Origin: Eledone cirrhosa
Taxonomy: Eukaryota
Assembly: GCA_964016885.1 (NCBI GenBank)
Contig: OZ024741.1
Coordinates: 434,001 to 498,000 of the forward strand
DNA length: 64,000 nucleotides
Direction: 5' to 3'
How positions within the stretch are numbered: the stretch's first letter is position 1; the number at the start of each line of letters is the position of its first letter. Positions 1 through 11,735 of this stretch are shown one piece after another. Both the position numbers and the translations under genes were made by a program. The notes below the pieces were generated by a model. That model was not told where the DNA came from and did not search any database. It was given only the letters and a program-made list of their open reading frames with translations.

Positions 1-322
1 TGCTGTAGCACACATATCCTTGGTTTCAATGGCTGTTGTGTGTGACTATGGCTTTGAACTGGTTGATCACTCTCCCTATTCTCCTGATTTGGCCCCATCT
101 GACTTTCATCTGTTCCACAACATGAAAAACTACTATAGCAGTAATGACATCATATCTGCTGTTGATGATCTTTGTTTACCAACCGGATGAAAGCTCTTTT
201 ATCAATGGCATCCAAGAAGTGTGTGGACTGCAAGGTAGACTATGTTGAAAAGTAAACCTCATTTGGTCACAATCCATGAGCATATCTTGGTTGGCCTATG
301 AACTTTTCAGCCAACCCTCATA
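1..322 (+). mobile_element. Mariner (Tc1/mariner) transposon, 3' part with right terminal inverted repeat, degenerate
   Basis: 50-130 translates GFELVDHSPYSPDLAPSDFHLFHNMK (mariner YSPDLAPSD motif). The C-terminus KCVDCKVDYVEK* lies near 216-255. It ends in the TIR-like aacttttcagccaaccctca followed by TA. Confidence 0.85.
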
Positions 323-567
323 TATCAAAATAATCAACAGTATTCTTTTTTAAACCACAGGTTCAGACATGGCTATTGGCTAAAAAGAATTGTTGGACAA
401 CCACATAGTTTTAGGCTTGGTCATACTGTTTATCACCTAAGTAAAGTATCTTCTACTATAGCCAGGGACTGACCATCTTATATAGAAATGTATATGTACA
501 GAAGACCCGACTTCCCACAGGTACAAGCCGAAGCTGAAGCATATAGACAATATGCTCCCACCCCCGC

Positions 568-742
568 CCACCCAGCACTCACTGTAAATGAGGTTGGTGT
601 TAGGAAGGGCATCCAGCTGTAGAAATCAAGCCAAAATCAGTTCCCGTATGAGCAAGACATGGTCAGCTGACCTGGCACTGCCCACAACATGACAACCCAT
701 CTAACTCATGCTAGCATGGAAGAATGGGCGTAAAACAATGAT
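568..742 (+). mobile_element. Isolated 3' tail of an RTE LINE or SINE
   Basis: cacccagcactcactgtaaatgaggttggtgttaggaagggcatccagctgtag...catgctagcatggaag; the same tail ends full RTE and SINE copies in this window. Confidence 0.75.
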
Positions 743-768
743 ATATGAGTGTGTGTATACAATATACC

Positions 769-2650
769 AGGAGGGATTCAGTGGAGTCCACAGCAGCTAT
801 AGTTATTGCTCAAGAAATGAAGAGGGACTGAAGCTCCTGGAATTCTGTGATGTAAATGAACTAACTGTTTGCAACACAAGTTACAGAAAACCAATCAGCC
901 ACTTCATCTATCAATCAGGTGAGCACACAACCCAAATTGATTACTTGTACGACAACAAAATAAATGGACTGTAATAAATACTAAGGCCTTCCTTGGGGAA
1001 GAATGCACTGCCCAGCACAAGTTAGTTAGAGAGAAGCTAGACAACAGGTATACACAACTTGAAGAGAAGCTAAAGAAAGAAAGTTTGCTAATGTCCTGAG
1101 ACATGAGGATCAGAGAGGCGAAGTGTTCTGCATTACAAGGCAGTGTGTTAGTGTGAATTGTGATGTTGGGGGAAAATGTGCTATAAATGAGAGATTGGTG
1201 AATGTTGAGAATGAATGGGAGGAAGAGAAGCTACCCCCAACTTACACAACAGAAGGACCACCAATTGAAGTTGACAGTTATAGGGTTAAAGAAGCAATCA
1301 AGGAGATGAAAAATGGTAAAGCTGCAGAACCATCAGAGATAGTTGCTAAGCTGCTAAAAGCAGCAGAAGTATGAGTAAGACTAGTAACCCACTTAGTCAA
1401 TCAGGTAATACAGGATTGAGTCATACCCAATGACTGGTGCAGCAGTACAATCATAAATTGTTAGAAGAGCAAAGGTGATGCCCTAGAAAGGAGCAACTAT
1501 AGAAGAATAAAACTAATGGACCAAGTTATGAAAGTGATGGACATAGTTATAGCGCAACTAATTAGGGAAAGTCGAATTAGATGAGATGCAGTTTGGTTTC
1601 ATGCCTGGAATAAGTACTGCAGATGCCCTCTTTCTTGGTGACGCAAGAATAAGCCACTATATTTAGCTTTCGGTGGTCTAGAAAAGGCCTTTCAGAGAGT
1701 ACCCCAATCTATTAAATAGGGGTCCTTAAGGAAATTAGGTGTAGAATAATGGTTGGTGAGAACAGTGCAAGCTATGTACTGTCAGCCAAGAGAGAGTAGG
1801 AAATCAAAGAAAAATGGTTCATTAGGATTTGGTTTTTAGCCTACTACTATTCATTATAGTTCCTCAGGCTATAACGGAGGAGTTTAAGACCAGTTGCCCA
1901 TTGGAACTTCTTTATGCAGATGATCGGGTTCTTGTAGTCAAATCCATTAAAGAACTAAAAAATAAGTTCCAACTATGGAAATAAAATTTAGAATCAAATG
2001 GTCTGAGAGTAAATTTTACCAAAACTGAAGTGCTAGTGAGTAGGAGAGAATATAGGACCCTGATTCCTTCAATATGTAGAAAGGGAATAGGCATAAACTC
2101 CATACAATGTATGCAATATATATTTGGGATACAGAAGAGATGTAATGGGATAAATGGTAGACTAACAAGAAGGGAACACTTTGTATGTAGAAGAGGCACA
2201 TGGGTAACTGAGGGGAAGATAACCAGTGATGTAAAACTACTCCAGTCACAGGAAGGACCCATAGAATTGGTGTTGCATGGTAGTGAAACATGGGCTGTGA
2301 CTGCAGAGGACAAGCGTAGACTGGAGAGAAATGAAGCAACCATGCTCCATTGGGTGTGCAATGTGTGACAGAAAGGCAGAGCATGGAGGACGAGTTGAGG
2401 GAGAAGCTGGGTTTAAGAGGAATCTGAGGGTGTATGCAAGAGAGAAGACTGCGTTGGTATGGACAATGATTGCTGCATGAAGAAGTGCCAGGGAATCCCA
2501 GTGGAAGGAAACCCCAGTAGAGGTTGACCTCAAATCACTGAGACTCACAGAGCAGATGACAAAGGAATGCAATGAGTGAAGAGACGCTGTGCTGAGAATG
2601 ACTTCCAAGCCATGCAAGCATGGAAAAATAGACGTAAAAATGATGATATA
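769..2650 (+). mobile_element. RTE-clade LINE, degenerate (end of APE endonuclease, RT, 3' end)
   Basis: ORF pieces RNEEGLKLLEFC...TQIDY, MKNGKAAEPSEIV, LYADD near 1910 and LHGSETW, with many stops and frameshifts; the tail is catggaaaaatagacgtaaaaatgatgat. Confidence 0.85.
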
Positions 2651-2754
2651 TAGATTGTATAGCCCATGCTAGCGTGGAAGAACAAGTGTAAAATTGTGAT
2701 GATGATATATATATATATATGTGTGTATGTGTGTGTGTGTGCTTCTGGACCGTC

Positions 2755-4610
2755 TATTGACACACATTGCAGATTGTTTTCTTCCTTAAAGCCAATCTGG
2801 TTTTCGTGCTGGACGCGGCACTACTGATATGATCTTCTCAGCTAGACAGCTCCAAGAGAAGTGCATGGAACAAGGTTTGGATCTGTATCAGGTTTGTGTC
2901 AATCTGTCAAAAGCTTTCGATACTGTTAACAGAAAGGCATTGTGGAAGGTTCTCCAGAAACTTGGTTGCCCTGATAAGTTCCTTGTTTTGGTCAGGTCTT
3001 TCCATGACAACATGAAGGCTTAGGTTAATGTCAGAGGTAACATGTCGGAGCCTATCTCAGTAAAAAATGGAGTGAAACAGGGGGATATTCCAGCACCGAC
3101 CCTGTTTGCCATATACTTTGCAATGATTTTCTATATTGCATTCAGAAATTGTGAACATGGTGTTTACATCTGATATCGAACCTCTGGCAGCATATTTAAC
3201 ATCAGGTGCTTTGCTGCAAAAACAAAATTATTTACATCAATCATAAGAGACCTCTTGTATGCAGATGATTGCGATCTTGTAGCGCACACAGAGATTGATA
3301 TGCAACACATTTTGAATGCATTTTCTGATGCTTGCACTGCCCTACGATTGACTGTCAGTCTCAAGAAAACTGTCGTCATGTACCAACCTGCCCCTGGTAA
3401 GCATTACAGTGAACCAAATATCTATGTGTATGGTAAACAACTTGGAGTGTTTGATCTGTTTGTCTACCTGGGAAGCTCTGTCAATCGATACAGCAATTAT
3501 GATAATGAAATTCCATTCAGGATTAGGAAAGCAAGTGAATCTTTCGGAAAGCTAGAAAGGCGCCTCTGGGGTCAGCGAGACATATACAAGAGGACAAAGG
3601 TAAAGGTATACTAGGCATGTGCGCTCTCTTCTCTTCTTTATGCCTGCGAGACCTGGGTCGTATATCGACACCACCTTAAACAATTGGAGCGTTTCCATTA
3701 GATGTGTCTCAGATGGATCCATGGCGTTCACTGGAGGGACCACATCAGTGACGTCGAGATTTTGGAAAACTCTGTGTGAAAGTATAGAAGCTTTTGTGCT
3801 TAAGCAAAGACTCCGATGGAGTGCTCACTTTGCTAGGATGAAGGATTCTTAAATACCGAAACAACTCTTTTATGGAGAGTTAAAGTAAAACAACCTCCAC
3901 ATAAACCAAAAAAGAGGTATGAGGATTCCTTGAAAGCCTCTTTGAAAGACACTAACATCTCTGCTGATACATGGGAAAGCGTCGCTGCTGATCGTAATAA
4001 ATGGAGAAAGGCTGTACATGAGGGGAAGGTTGCCTTTGAGGCATCTCGAATCGCATACGAGAAAGTAAAGCGGGATGTGAGGAAGGGCATTGCTGTTGCA
4101 CTTCCAGACGGCGAAGGTCCTCCTATGGCGCTGACATGTAGCGTCTGTGCAAGACTTTGCCTAAGCAAAACTGGACTCGAAAGTCATCTTCGCAGTCATA
4201 AAGTAAGACCACTGGTTGACTACCAGGCTGCTGTTGGAGATGCTACTCATCATGCCTGCCAAGCATGTGGTAGAGAATGTAAATCAGCAGGAGGGCTCAA
4301 ACAACATGCAAAAGTACATGAAATCCAACCACAGCCGGCTATTCCCAGTGAATGTTTTGGTTGGTTGCCAACTCTGTGCAAGACATTTTAGATCATTGGC
4401 TGGGCTAAAAATCCACATTCGATTGCAACACCGTTAATTGTTATTGTGGGTGTGTGTAGGTCTGTGTGATGTATATATAGATATGTATGTGTGTGTGTGT
4501 ATTTTTTAATATATTTTTTCTATTATTATTATTGTCATTATTGTTATTATACTGGGGGGGGGGGTTCCCTCGTGCAATGGCCATACTTGATAACGAGGGG
4601 GCGGCCACCA
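2755..4610 (+). mobile_element. RTE-clade LINE (BovB-like lineage), 5'-truncated, with three C-terminal C2H2 zinc fingers
   Basis: MIFSARQLQEKC...KAFDTV, LYADDCDL, FVYLGS and RLRWSAH, then CSVC..H..H, CQAC..H..H and CQLC..H..H. The 3' end is ggccatacttgataacgagggggcggccacc. Confidence 0.88.
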
Positions 4611-4629
4611 TGTATGTACGGACGGACGG

Positions 4630-4858
4630 GACAACAGTCCACACTGTAAGGTGGTCATGTAGGAGACACGGTAAAAAGGCTCCCAGTCCACACTGTTAAT
4701 GTGGTTGGTGTTAGGAAGGGCATCCAGCCATAGAAAACCTGCCAGATACAGTCCTATACGAGTGACACATGGTCACCCGATCAATCTTGCCTCAAGTGGG
4801 ACAATTTCTGTCTAACCCATGCTAGCGTGGAAGATAGACGTTAAACAATGAGGATGAT
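4630..4858 (+). mobile_element. RTE 3' UTR tail fragment
   Basis: Matches the 3' UTR of the RTE copies at 11250-11445 and 57690-57915. Confidence 0.75.
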
Positions 4859-4903
4859 ATATATATAGATAGATAGATATTTAGATGTATATATATATAT
4901 AGA

Positions 4904-5335
4904 AGGCGCATGACTTAGTGGTTAGAGCATTGGGCTTGCAATCGAAAGGTTGTGAGTTCAATACTCGGACCGGGTGATGTGTTGTTTCCTTGAGCAAGAC
5001 ACTTTATTTTACATTGCTCCAGTTTATTCAGCTGTAGAAATTACATGATAGGACTGGGTTCCCTATCATTCCACTGGAAAGTAGTCGTGGAGGTGCTACG
5101 GCAAAAAAAGCACCCAGCACACACTGTAAAGTGGACATGTAGGCGCCACGGAAAAAAGCACCCAGCACTCACTGTAAATGAGGTTGGTGTTAGGAAGGGC
5201 ATCCAGCTGTAGAAATCAAGCCAGAATCAGTTCCTGTATGAGCAAGACAAAGTCAGCCGACCGAACCCGCAACAGGACAACTCATCTAACCCATGCTAGC
5301 GTGGAAGAACGGACGTAAAACGGTGATGATGATGA
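4904..5335 (+). mobile_element. tRNA-derived SINE, family A (tRNA head + ccttgagcaagacactt central block + RTE-derived tail)
   Basis: A box tgacttagtgg and B box gagttcaatact, a central block resembling conserved SINE core domains, a tail shared with RTE LINEs, and a (gat)n end. Confidence 0.85.
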
Positions 5336-5369
5336 TAGATAGATATTTAGTTGTATATATATATAGATA

Positions 5370-7480
5370 TATTTCTTTATTTGCCACAAGGGCGCACAAG
5401 AAAAGGGGACAATAGAAAGACACATGCCAGGGATTTTACATACAGTCGTGTAAAAATATTGAAACAAACAATTATAACAATTGAAATCTCCAATAGAGGG
5501 TTGTTTAATACCCCATCGATAGAACACCCCTCAACTTCAGGAGTGTGTTGTGCAAGTGCTCCTTTCTTCCTTTTGCTCTCTTCTTTAACCTACAGGCTTA
5601 TAAACAGAGACGGCCCAATCACTCGGGCCATTTTCGCTTCATTCAACCACCTTTCAGTAAATTTACTGGGGTGCAGTGCCTCTCTCTCCACTCTGATTGA
5701 TTCTCCTTCTAAAGTGATACTTTAAGAAGGGAATCAATTGTTGTCCGGAGAGAAAGGCATCTGTCCTCAGTCCTCTCAATCTCGTCCACCATATAACCTC
5801 TTTCACCATAGCCACTGTACAGAGGAAAACCGCCTCTCTTTCGTTTTTGAAAGAGGCTGTCAACTGGATTTGTCCCACAGGCGACAGCAGTTGTTCTGCA
5901 TAGTTCCACAGGTCGGTTACGCCCGAGCGTTGTACGATTGCGTGCAAGACGGTTTCAATGTCCTGCTCGCATCTTGGACATGTCCTCTTGGAAGGATCCC
6001 TGCTGGGGCGTCCGTGCCTGTAGATCTTGTCTCAGACTGGTAGAGCTCCTCAGCACATGTTTGTGCATCATCAGCCATGGCATTCCCAGCCCTCCGTTGT
6101 AAGGGTGCTGACAGCAGACAAATCTCCTCACCACTGGAGCCTGCTTCTTCCAAAAGAAATGGAAGAGCATGCGTACCATCTTGGTGAGGTGTTCACGGGG
6201 ACAAGGCACGACGGTCAAGCGGTAGTAGATGACGGATGCTATGAAAGTGTTTGCCACCTCTGCTCGACCTTTCAAGGATAGTTTGCACTCTGCCCACTTC
6301 TGGGTGAGCGCAAATGCCTTGGCCATGACCTCATTCCAGTTTTTCTCCATCTGGAGGTCCTGACTGAACCAGACCCCGAGCAATTTCACTGGTCTTTCCG
6401 TCCAGTGTCCGACGACGCTGTTGGATGGCATCGGTTTGCCTCTCCACGTTCCGAGTTGCAAACCGACAGACTTGTCCGGGTTCAATTTTGCTCCTGTGAG
6501 CCTTTCGTATTCCTGCAGTAAGTTGCTGATCACCCCGATTTCCGAGGTTTCCGACACCATTACTGTCACGTCGTCAGTATAAGCCAACGCCGCTTTTCGC
6601 AGTCCCGGTTCCAATGGGATGCCCCGCAGAAGCTCCAACTTCCGCAGTAGTGGCTCTAGAGTCAATACGTACAAAATGGAGGAGAGAGGGCATCCCTGTC
6701 GGATGGAACGCGTGATTGTGAACAGCTCCGATAGGTAGCTGTTCACCTTGACTGTTGAGCGCATGTTGGTGTGCATTGCTTTGATCCAGCCTCTGAAGAC
6801 GGGTCCGAAACCGGCCACCTTGAGAACCGCTTCCAAGTATCGATGGTCCACCCTATCGAATGCCTTAGACTGATCTAAATTGATCAGAGCCCCACTGAAG
6901 CCGGGTTTACACCACACCCTCTCTATGGTGTATTGCATGAGGTTGAGGTTCTCGTGTATGGACCTGGTCGGGATTGCACACATTTGCGCTTTCCCTACCA
7001 GGTTCTCAACAGCAAGTGCCAGCCTCGTTGCTAACACCTTGATTTACTTCTGACCACACAGCCTTCGTGTTTCGCGTCAAAGAACTGGTCCAGTGCCGTT
7101 CTCGTTGCTAGCACTCTAGCTGTGTTGCCACTCCTAAGCGCCTTCTCTACCTTGGCTACTAGTTCTGTTTCTGTTTTGTTTTTCTCTAAGGCTAATTCTC
7201 TGCTAAAGTCTATTGACTCTACTTTAATTGCTCTCTTGAGAGAGTACCACCATCTATTGCTGATGATGGCTCCCGTCAACTGTTGCTTAACTAATCTACT
7301 TATCCGTTCACTGTAGGCTTTACATGTCGGTAACATGTTCAGCTTCCAGTATCCGGGTCCTTGTCTATGTATTCTATCATGGTTGACTATGCAGATGACT
7401 AGTTTGTGGTCTGAATAGGTAACCATGTACATTTGTGGACAGCTTAACTTGTCTCTCTCTCTAATAAAGAACCTAACTAA
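5370..7480 (-). mobile_element. L1/Tx1-clade LINE ORF2 fragment with 3' end
   Basis: Minus-strand SDHKLV...GPGYWKLN (end of endonuclease), LDQSKAFDRVDH, RQGCPLS, YTDDV, LLGVWF and GGLGMP. AATAAA on the minus strand near 5376-5381 precedes the TA-rich flank. Frameshifted. Confidence 0.88.
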
Positions 7481-7490
7481 ATACGATTAG

Positions 7491-8896
7491 ATTTTGTGCG
7501 ACGTTAGGTTTGGTGCTATAGGAGAGTTTGATGGTATTTTTGTTGATTATGTTGTGGTAGTGGCTCTACCAACACCGACATACTTTCCGAAACCCGGTCC
7601 GGCGACATGCCACTACACTTTCGGGCCACATCTGGAACCTCAAAGATAATAATGTAACCTACAATCTCACTTGGAGCTTACTGTCCAGAGCTAACTCTTA
7701 CACGGGAAGATGCCGCCCGTGTAACTTATGCTCGGAGGAAACATTACAAATGCTGTTTTTGAAGGACCAACTCCTAAACAAGAAAGTCGAACTGGTAACC
7801 GCATGCAAACACAGATTGCATAGGACTTACCTCGCCCTCAAACCCCATAACGACCCGGGTGGGTAGACGAGAGCTGATACCCCCCACTTGCCGAATAAGT
7901 TAGGGGAAACCCCAGCTTACATAGGTAGATGTACCTCTTTTCTTTTCCTCTGTTTTCTTCTTCCCCCTGTCTCATCTTATCATTTCCTTCCACCCCCCCC
8001 GATCTTCTTCCTCGTCTGTGTTTCCCCTTTCGCCTACCCCGATGCAGCCCATTGGTCCTCTGTAGCCTCAGTACCCCCACCCCTGTAATTTTAAGATAGA
8101 ATTGGCCGAATATGCTTTACTAACCATTTATAGCAGATGTGTTAGACCCCTGTAATTTTGTATCATTTTTGTTACTACTCCAATTCTACAATTACAAAAT
8201 TTCTTATTTAGTATTTTCTATTCTCAACTTATTAACCTATTCGTTTACTATTCCTTTACTAACTATTTATAGCAGCTGTGTTAGATCCCTGAAAAGTTTG
8301 CATTATATTTTTTCACTACCCACTTCTACAATTTCTTATTTAGTATTTTCCATTCTCAACTTATTAACCTATTCTATAGCTTTGGCCGTACAAGCAACAC
8401 CTACTAATTAGAGCAGCTGTTTCTAGACTCTACTGTTTTTTTGTTTTTTTTTTATTCATTTCTCACTATCTAATTTTATATATATATTTTTTTATATTTC
8501 TTTCTATTATTTTTTATTGTCTTCTACTCTCATTCGAATTACTTATTCTATAACTTCCCTCCTCCATTTTCTCCAGAACAATTTTTCGATTTTTCATACA
8601 CTATCCTTAGAATCTGCTGTATAGATTTCACTTTCAATGCTTGACCGGCTCCACTCACTCCCTCATTGTTCTACAGGCAAGTTCAGCCACCCCTACCGCC
8701 CACCAAATGCCATGATAGACTTATTTGTGTTTACAACAAATTTTGACCAATCCTCTCGACAACTATAATCTTCCCATATAAGGAAGTACCCTTTGACAAG
8801 TTCGGCTATTTATTTACCAGGCTAAAAATTCTAATTTAGTCCAGAAATAGCCCTCGAAATGGCTTGAGCTCTGCCGTCGGGGTCATACTTTTTCCT
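7491..8896 (+). mobile_element. Naiad-type Penelope-like element, 5'-truncated with a short 5' inversion
   Basis: 7564-7866 reads LYQHRHTFRNP...HIWNLKD...CNLCSEE...ACKHR (GIY-YIG C-terminus, close to the 17679-18000 protein). 7491-7560 is an inverted piece (YHNIINKNTIKLSYST on the minus strand). A pLTR/3' region follows, ending in a hammerhead and (TA)n. Confidence 0.88.
8788..8883 (+). ncRNA. Type I hammerhead ribozyme, U3-A8 core variant, long stem II
   Basis: Stem I accct/ggggt; core TTGACAA; stem II ggctattt/aaatagcc; GAAA; stem III atggc/gccgt around loop ttgagctct; predicted cleavage after GTC at 8878. Confidence 0.75.
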
Positions 8897-8920
8897 ATAT
8901 ATATATATATATATATATAT

Positions 8921-11445
8921 TGTACAATATAGAGGAACAGTGGGAATTCCTGAAAGCAAACCTGCTGAAGGCGACAGATGAAGTCTGTGGCTGGAGCAGG
9001 CCTATAGGCAGGAGGAGAGTAACGTGGTGGTGGAACAGTAAGGTGGAGGAGTCAATTAAGGCCAAAAAGCAGGCTTGCAAAGTATGGCGGGATGGGGGAA
9101 GTAGAGAAGACTATCAAGTGGCCAGGAGGGAAGCTAGGAGACAAGTGTACTTCGCAAGAAGGGAAGCAGAGGAAAGAAGGTTCAAGCATGTTCTACAACG
9201 CGAGGACCAAAAACGTGAGGTGTTCAGGATTGCTGGGCAATGTGTCAAGGAAAACCTTGATATTGTCGGGGAGAAGTGTGTCCTTAATGATGATGGTGTA
9301 CTTGCCATCACTGACGCTGATAAGAAGGTAGCTTGGAAGTGTCACTATGAAAGGCTACTAAATGAGGAGAATAAATAGGAGAAAGACAGTCTCCCCCACA
9401 TCGACCCAATAGAGGGACCAGCAGTGTTAGTCGAAGGTAGTATAATAAGTAAGGCAATCAAAGATATGAAGACGGGTAAGGCGGCTGGGCCTTCGGAAAT
9501 AGTTGCTGAAATGCTGAAAGCTTCTGGAATGGTGGGACACACCATGGTCACCCGGATAGTAAACCAAGTCATGCAAAATGGGGTTGTTCCGAAGGACTGG
9601 CGTAGCAGCATCATCATTAACTGCTACAAGGGTAAAGGAGATGCCCTAGATAGGGGTAACTATAGAGGCATTAAATTAATCGACCAGGTCATGAAGGTCA
9701 CAGAAAAAGTAATAGCGCAACTAATCAGAGAGCAAATTGATCTAGATGAAATGCAGTTCGGGTTTGTGTCAGGTAAAAATACCACAGACGCTATTTTCAT
9801 TGTACGACAACTACTGGAGAAGTACCTAGCTAAAAGTAAACCCCTATACTTAGCTTTTGTCGACTTGGAGAAAGCCTTTGACAGAGTCTCCCGTTCCATT
9901 ATCTGGTGGGCTCTTAGAAAACTAGGTGTTGATGAATGGCTTGTGAGAGCTATACAAGCCATGTATAAAGAAACAGTCAGCAAGGTTAGAATTAACAACG
10001 AATATAGTGAAGAGTTTAGCGTAAAAGTTGGTGTTCATCGGGGCTCCGTTCTTAGCCCCCTACTATTTATTATTGCCCTTCAGGCTATAACAATGGAGTT
10101 CAAGACCGGCTGCCCATGGGAACTCTTATATGCAGATGATCTAACGCTCATAGCTGAATCAATGGCCGAACTAGAGAAGAAATTCCAAACATGGAAGCGT
10201 GGCCTAGAATCAAAAGGCCTTAAAATTAACCTGTCAAAGACTAAAGTTCTAGTTTGTAGGAAGGAAAATAGGGCACCGGTCCCATCCGGGATATGGCCAT
10301 TCTCAGTGTGTAGGAAAGGAGTAGGTAGAAACTCCATTTTATGTCCCAAATGCAAAGTATGGGTGCATAAAAGATGTAGTGGGATCACAGGTAAGCTAAC
10401 TAAGAACATAGATTTTATATGTGGCCGGTGTTCTGGTGCAATAAGTAGCAGCAAGTGCCCACAGAATACTAGCTCATTCCATTGCACAGATGGTTCTATA
10501 GAAATAGTGGACAGCTTCCGTTACCTGGGTGACAAAATCAGCAGTGGGGGATGGTGCTCTGAAAGTACAGTAGCTAGGGTCAGAACTGGATGGAAAAAGT
10601 TCAGAGAGCTTATACCACTATTAGCCGCTAAAGGGTTCTCTCTAAAAATGAAAGGCAGGCTGTATGATGCCTGCATACGAACAGCAATGTTACATGGCAG
10701 TGAGACCTGGGCATTGTGTGCAGAGGATATACGCAGACTGGAGAGAAACGAAGCTTGCATGCTCCGCTGGATGTGTAATAGTAATATACGTGAACGGCAA
10801 AGCATAAACGAACTAAGGGAAAAATTAGAAATAAGAGGGATCAGATGTTGTTTACTCGAGAGAAGACTACGTTGGTATGGTCACGTGATGCGCATGAAAG
10901 ACGACAGCTGTATAAAAAAGTGCAGGGCAATAAAAATAGACGGTAGCCACGGAGTAGGCAGACCCAGAAAAACCTGGGACGACTTGATAAATTCCGACCT
11001 CACACACTTACACCTCTCCAAGACAATGTCACTGGACCGAGATCTTTGGCGCTACACAGTAATACAGAAAACCCGCCTTACCTAAGTACAAAGTGAAACC
11101 TACTACAGTCAGTAGGCACCTCTAACAAAAATACACCTCCGTCCCACTACCCCCACCCCATCCACACCACCCCTTTCAATGTAAAGTTATGTTGGTACCA
11201 CAACATCCAGTCTGAAACAAATGAGGTCGTGTAGGTGTCACGACAAAAAAAAAACACACAGTCCACGCTGTAATGTGGCCGTGTTGGTAACACGGTAAAA
11301 ACCTCCCAGTCCACACTGTTAACGTGGTTGGTGTTAGGAAGGGCAGACAGTCCTATGCAAGCAAGACAACCACTCTTGCCTCAAATGGGAAAACTCCCGT
11401 CCAAACTCATGCAAGCGTGGAATATGGACGTTAAACGATGATGAT
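8921..11445 (+). mobile_element. RTE-clade LINE, 5'-truncated, young copy with long 3' UTR
   Basis: Continuous frame 8920-11085 broken only by TAG at 9376-9378 (TGG in sister copies); 3' UTR ends in ggacgttaaacgatgatgatg; (TA)n on both flanks. Confidence 0.92.
9424..11085 (+). CDS. RTE reverse transcriptase ORF (553 aa open stretch) with an internal PHD-like finger
   Basis: NYRGIKL, QFGFV, AFVDLEKAFDRV, GVHRGSVLSP, LLYADD, FRYLG, LHGSETW and RRLRWYGHV; Cys/His cluster at about 10294-10431. Confidence 0.85.
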   Translation: MLVEGSIISKAIKDMKTGKAAGPSEIVAEMLKASGMVGHTMVTRIVNQVMQNGVVPKDWRSSIIINCYKGKGDALDRGNYRGIKLIDQVMKVTEKVIAQLIREQIDLDEMQFGFVSGKNTTDAIFIVRQLLEKYLAKSKPLYLAFVDLEKAFDRVSRSIIWWALRKLGVDEWLVRAIQAMYKETVSKVRINNEYSEEFSVKVGVHRGSVLSPLLFIIALQAITMEFKTGCPWELLYADDLTLIAESMAELEKKFQTWKRGLESKGLKINLSKTKVLVCRKENRAPVPSGIWPFSVCRKGVGRNSILCPKCKVWVHKRCSGITGKLTKNIDFICGRCSGAISSSKCPQNTSSFHCTDGSIEIVDSFRYLGDKISSGGWCSESTVARVRTGWKKFRELIPLLAAKGFSLKMKGRLYDACIRTAMLHGSETWALCAEDIRRLERNEACMLRWMCNSNIRERQSINELREKLEIRGIRCCLLERRLRWYGHVMRMKDDSCIKKCRAIKIDGSHGVGRPRKTWDDLINSDLTHLHLSKTMSLDRDLWRYTVIQKTRLT

Positions 11446-11528
11446 GTATATATATATACGCATATACATATATATATATATATATATACGTATATATAGT
11501 TATGTAATAAACAACATAAGATAATTAT

Positions 11529-11599
11529 TTCATTAACTAAAGGTTTCATGAAGACAGACGTGCTTGACACAGACGTCTGAAATTGTTCGTCAGAATGAA
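11529..11599 (-). ncRNA. Type I hammerhead ribozyme motif (PLE terminal fragment)
   Basis: Minus strand: ttcatt CTGACGA a..cagacgt-loop-acgtctg..t GAAAC cttta GTT aatgaa; 6-bp stem I ttcatt/aatgaa. Confidence 0.6.
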
Positions 11600-11735
11600 C
11601 ATTTATTTAAAACGGATGTGAGATATGGATTTCAAAACAAAGTCTAGAACAATTGAAAGCGAGGATGAAATAAAATAACAGACGTAATGCAAAGGGGAAA
11701 ATAATAAATGTATATGTATATATATAAAAATATAC

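Noticed and set aside
4904-4975. tRNA gene-like sequences (also 15780-15853 and 42718-42790)
   Set aside because: They are SINE heads running into core and tail sequence, with no full cloverleaf.
9660-10805. Antisense ORFs over RTE and PLE coding regions (also 18637-19305)
   Set aside because: Shadow frames of the real ORFs, with no independent motifs.
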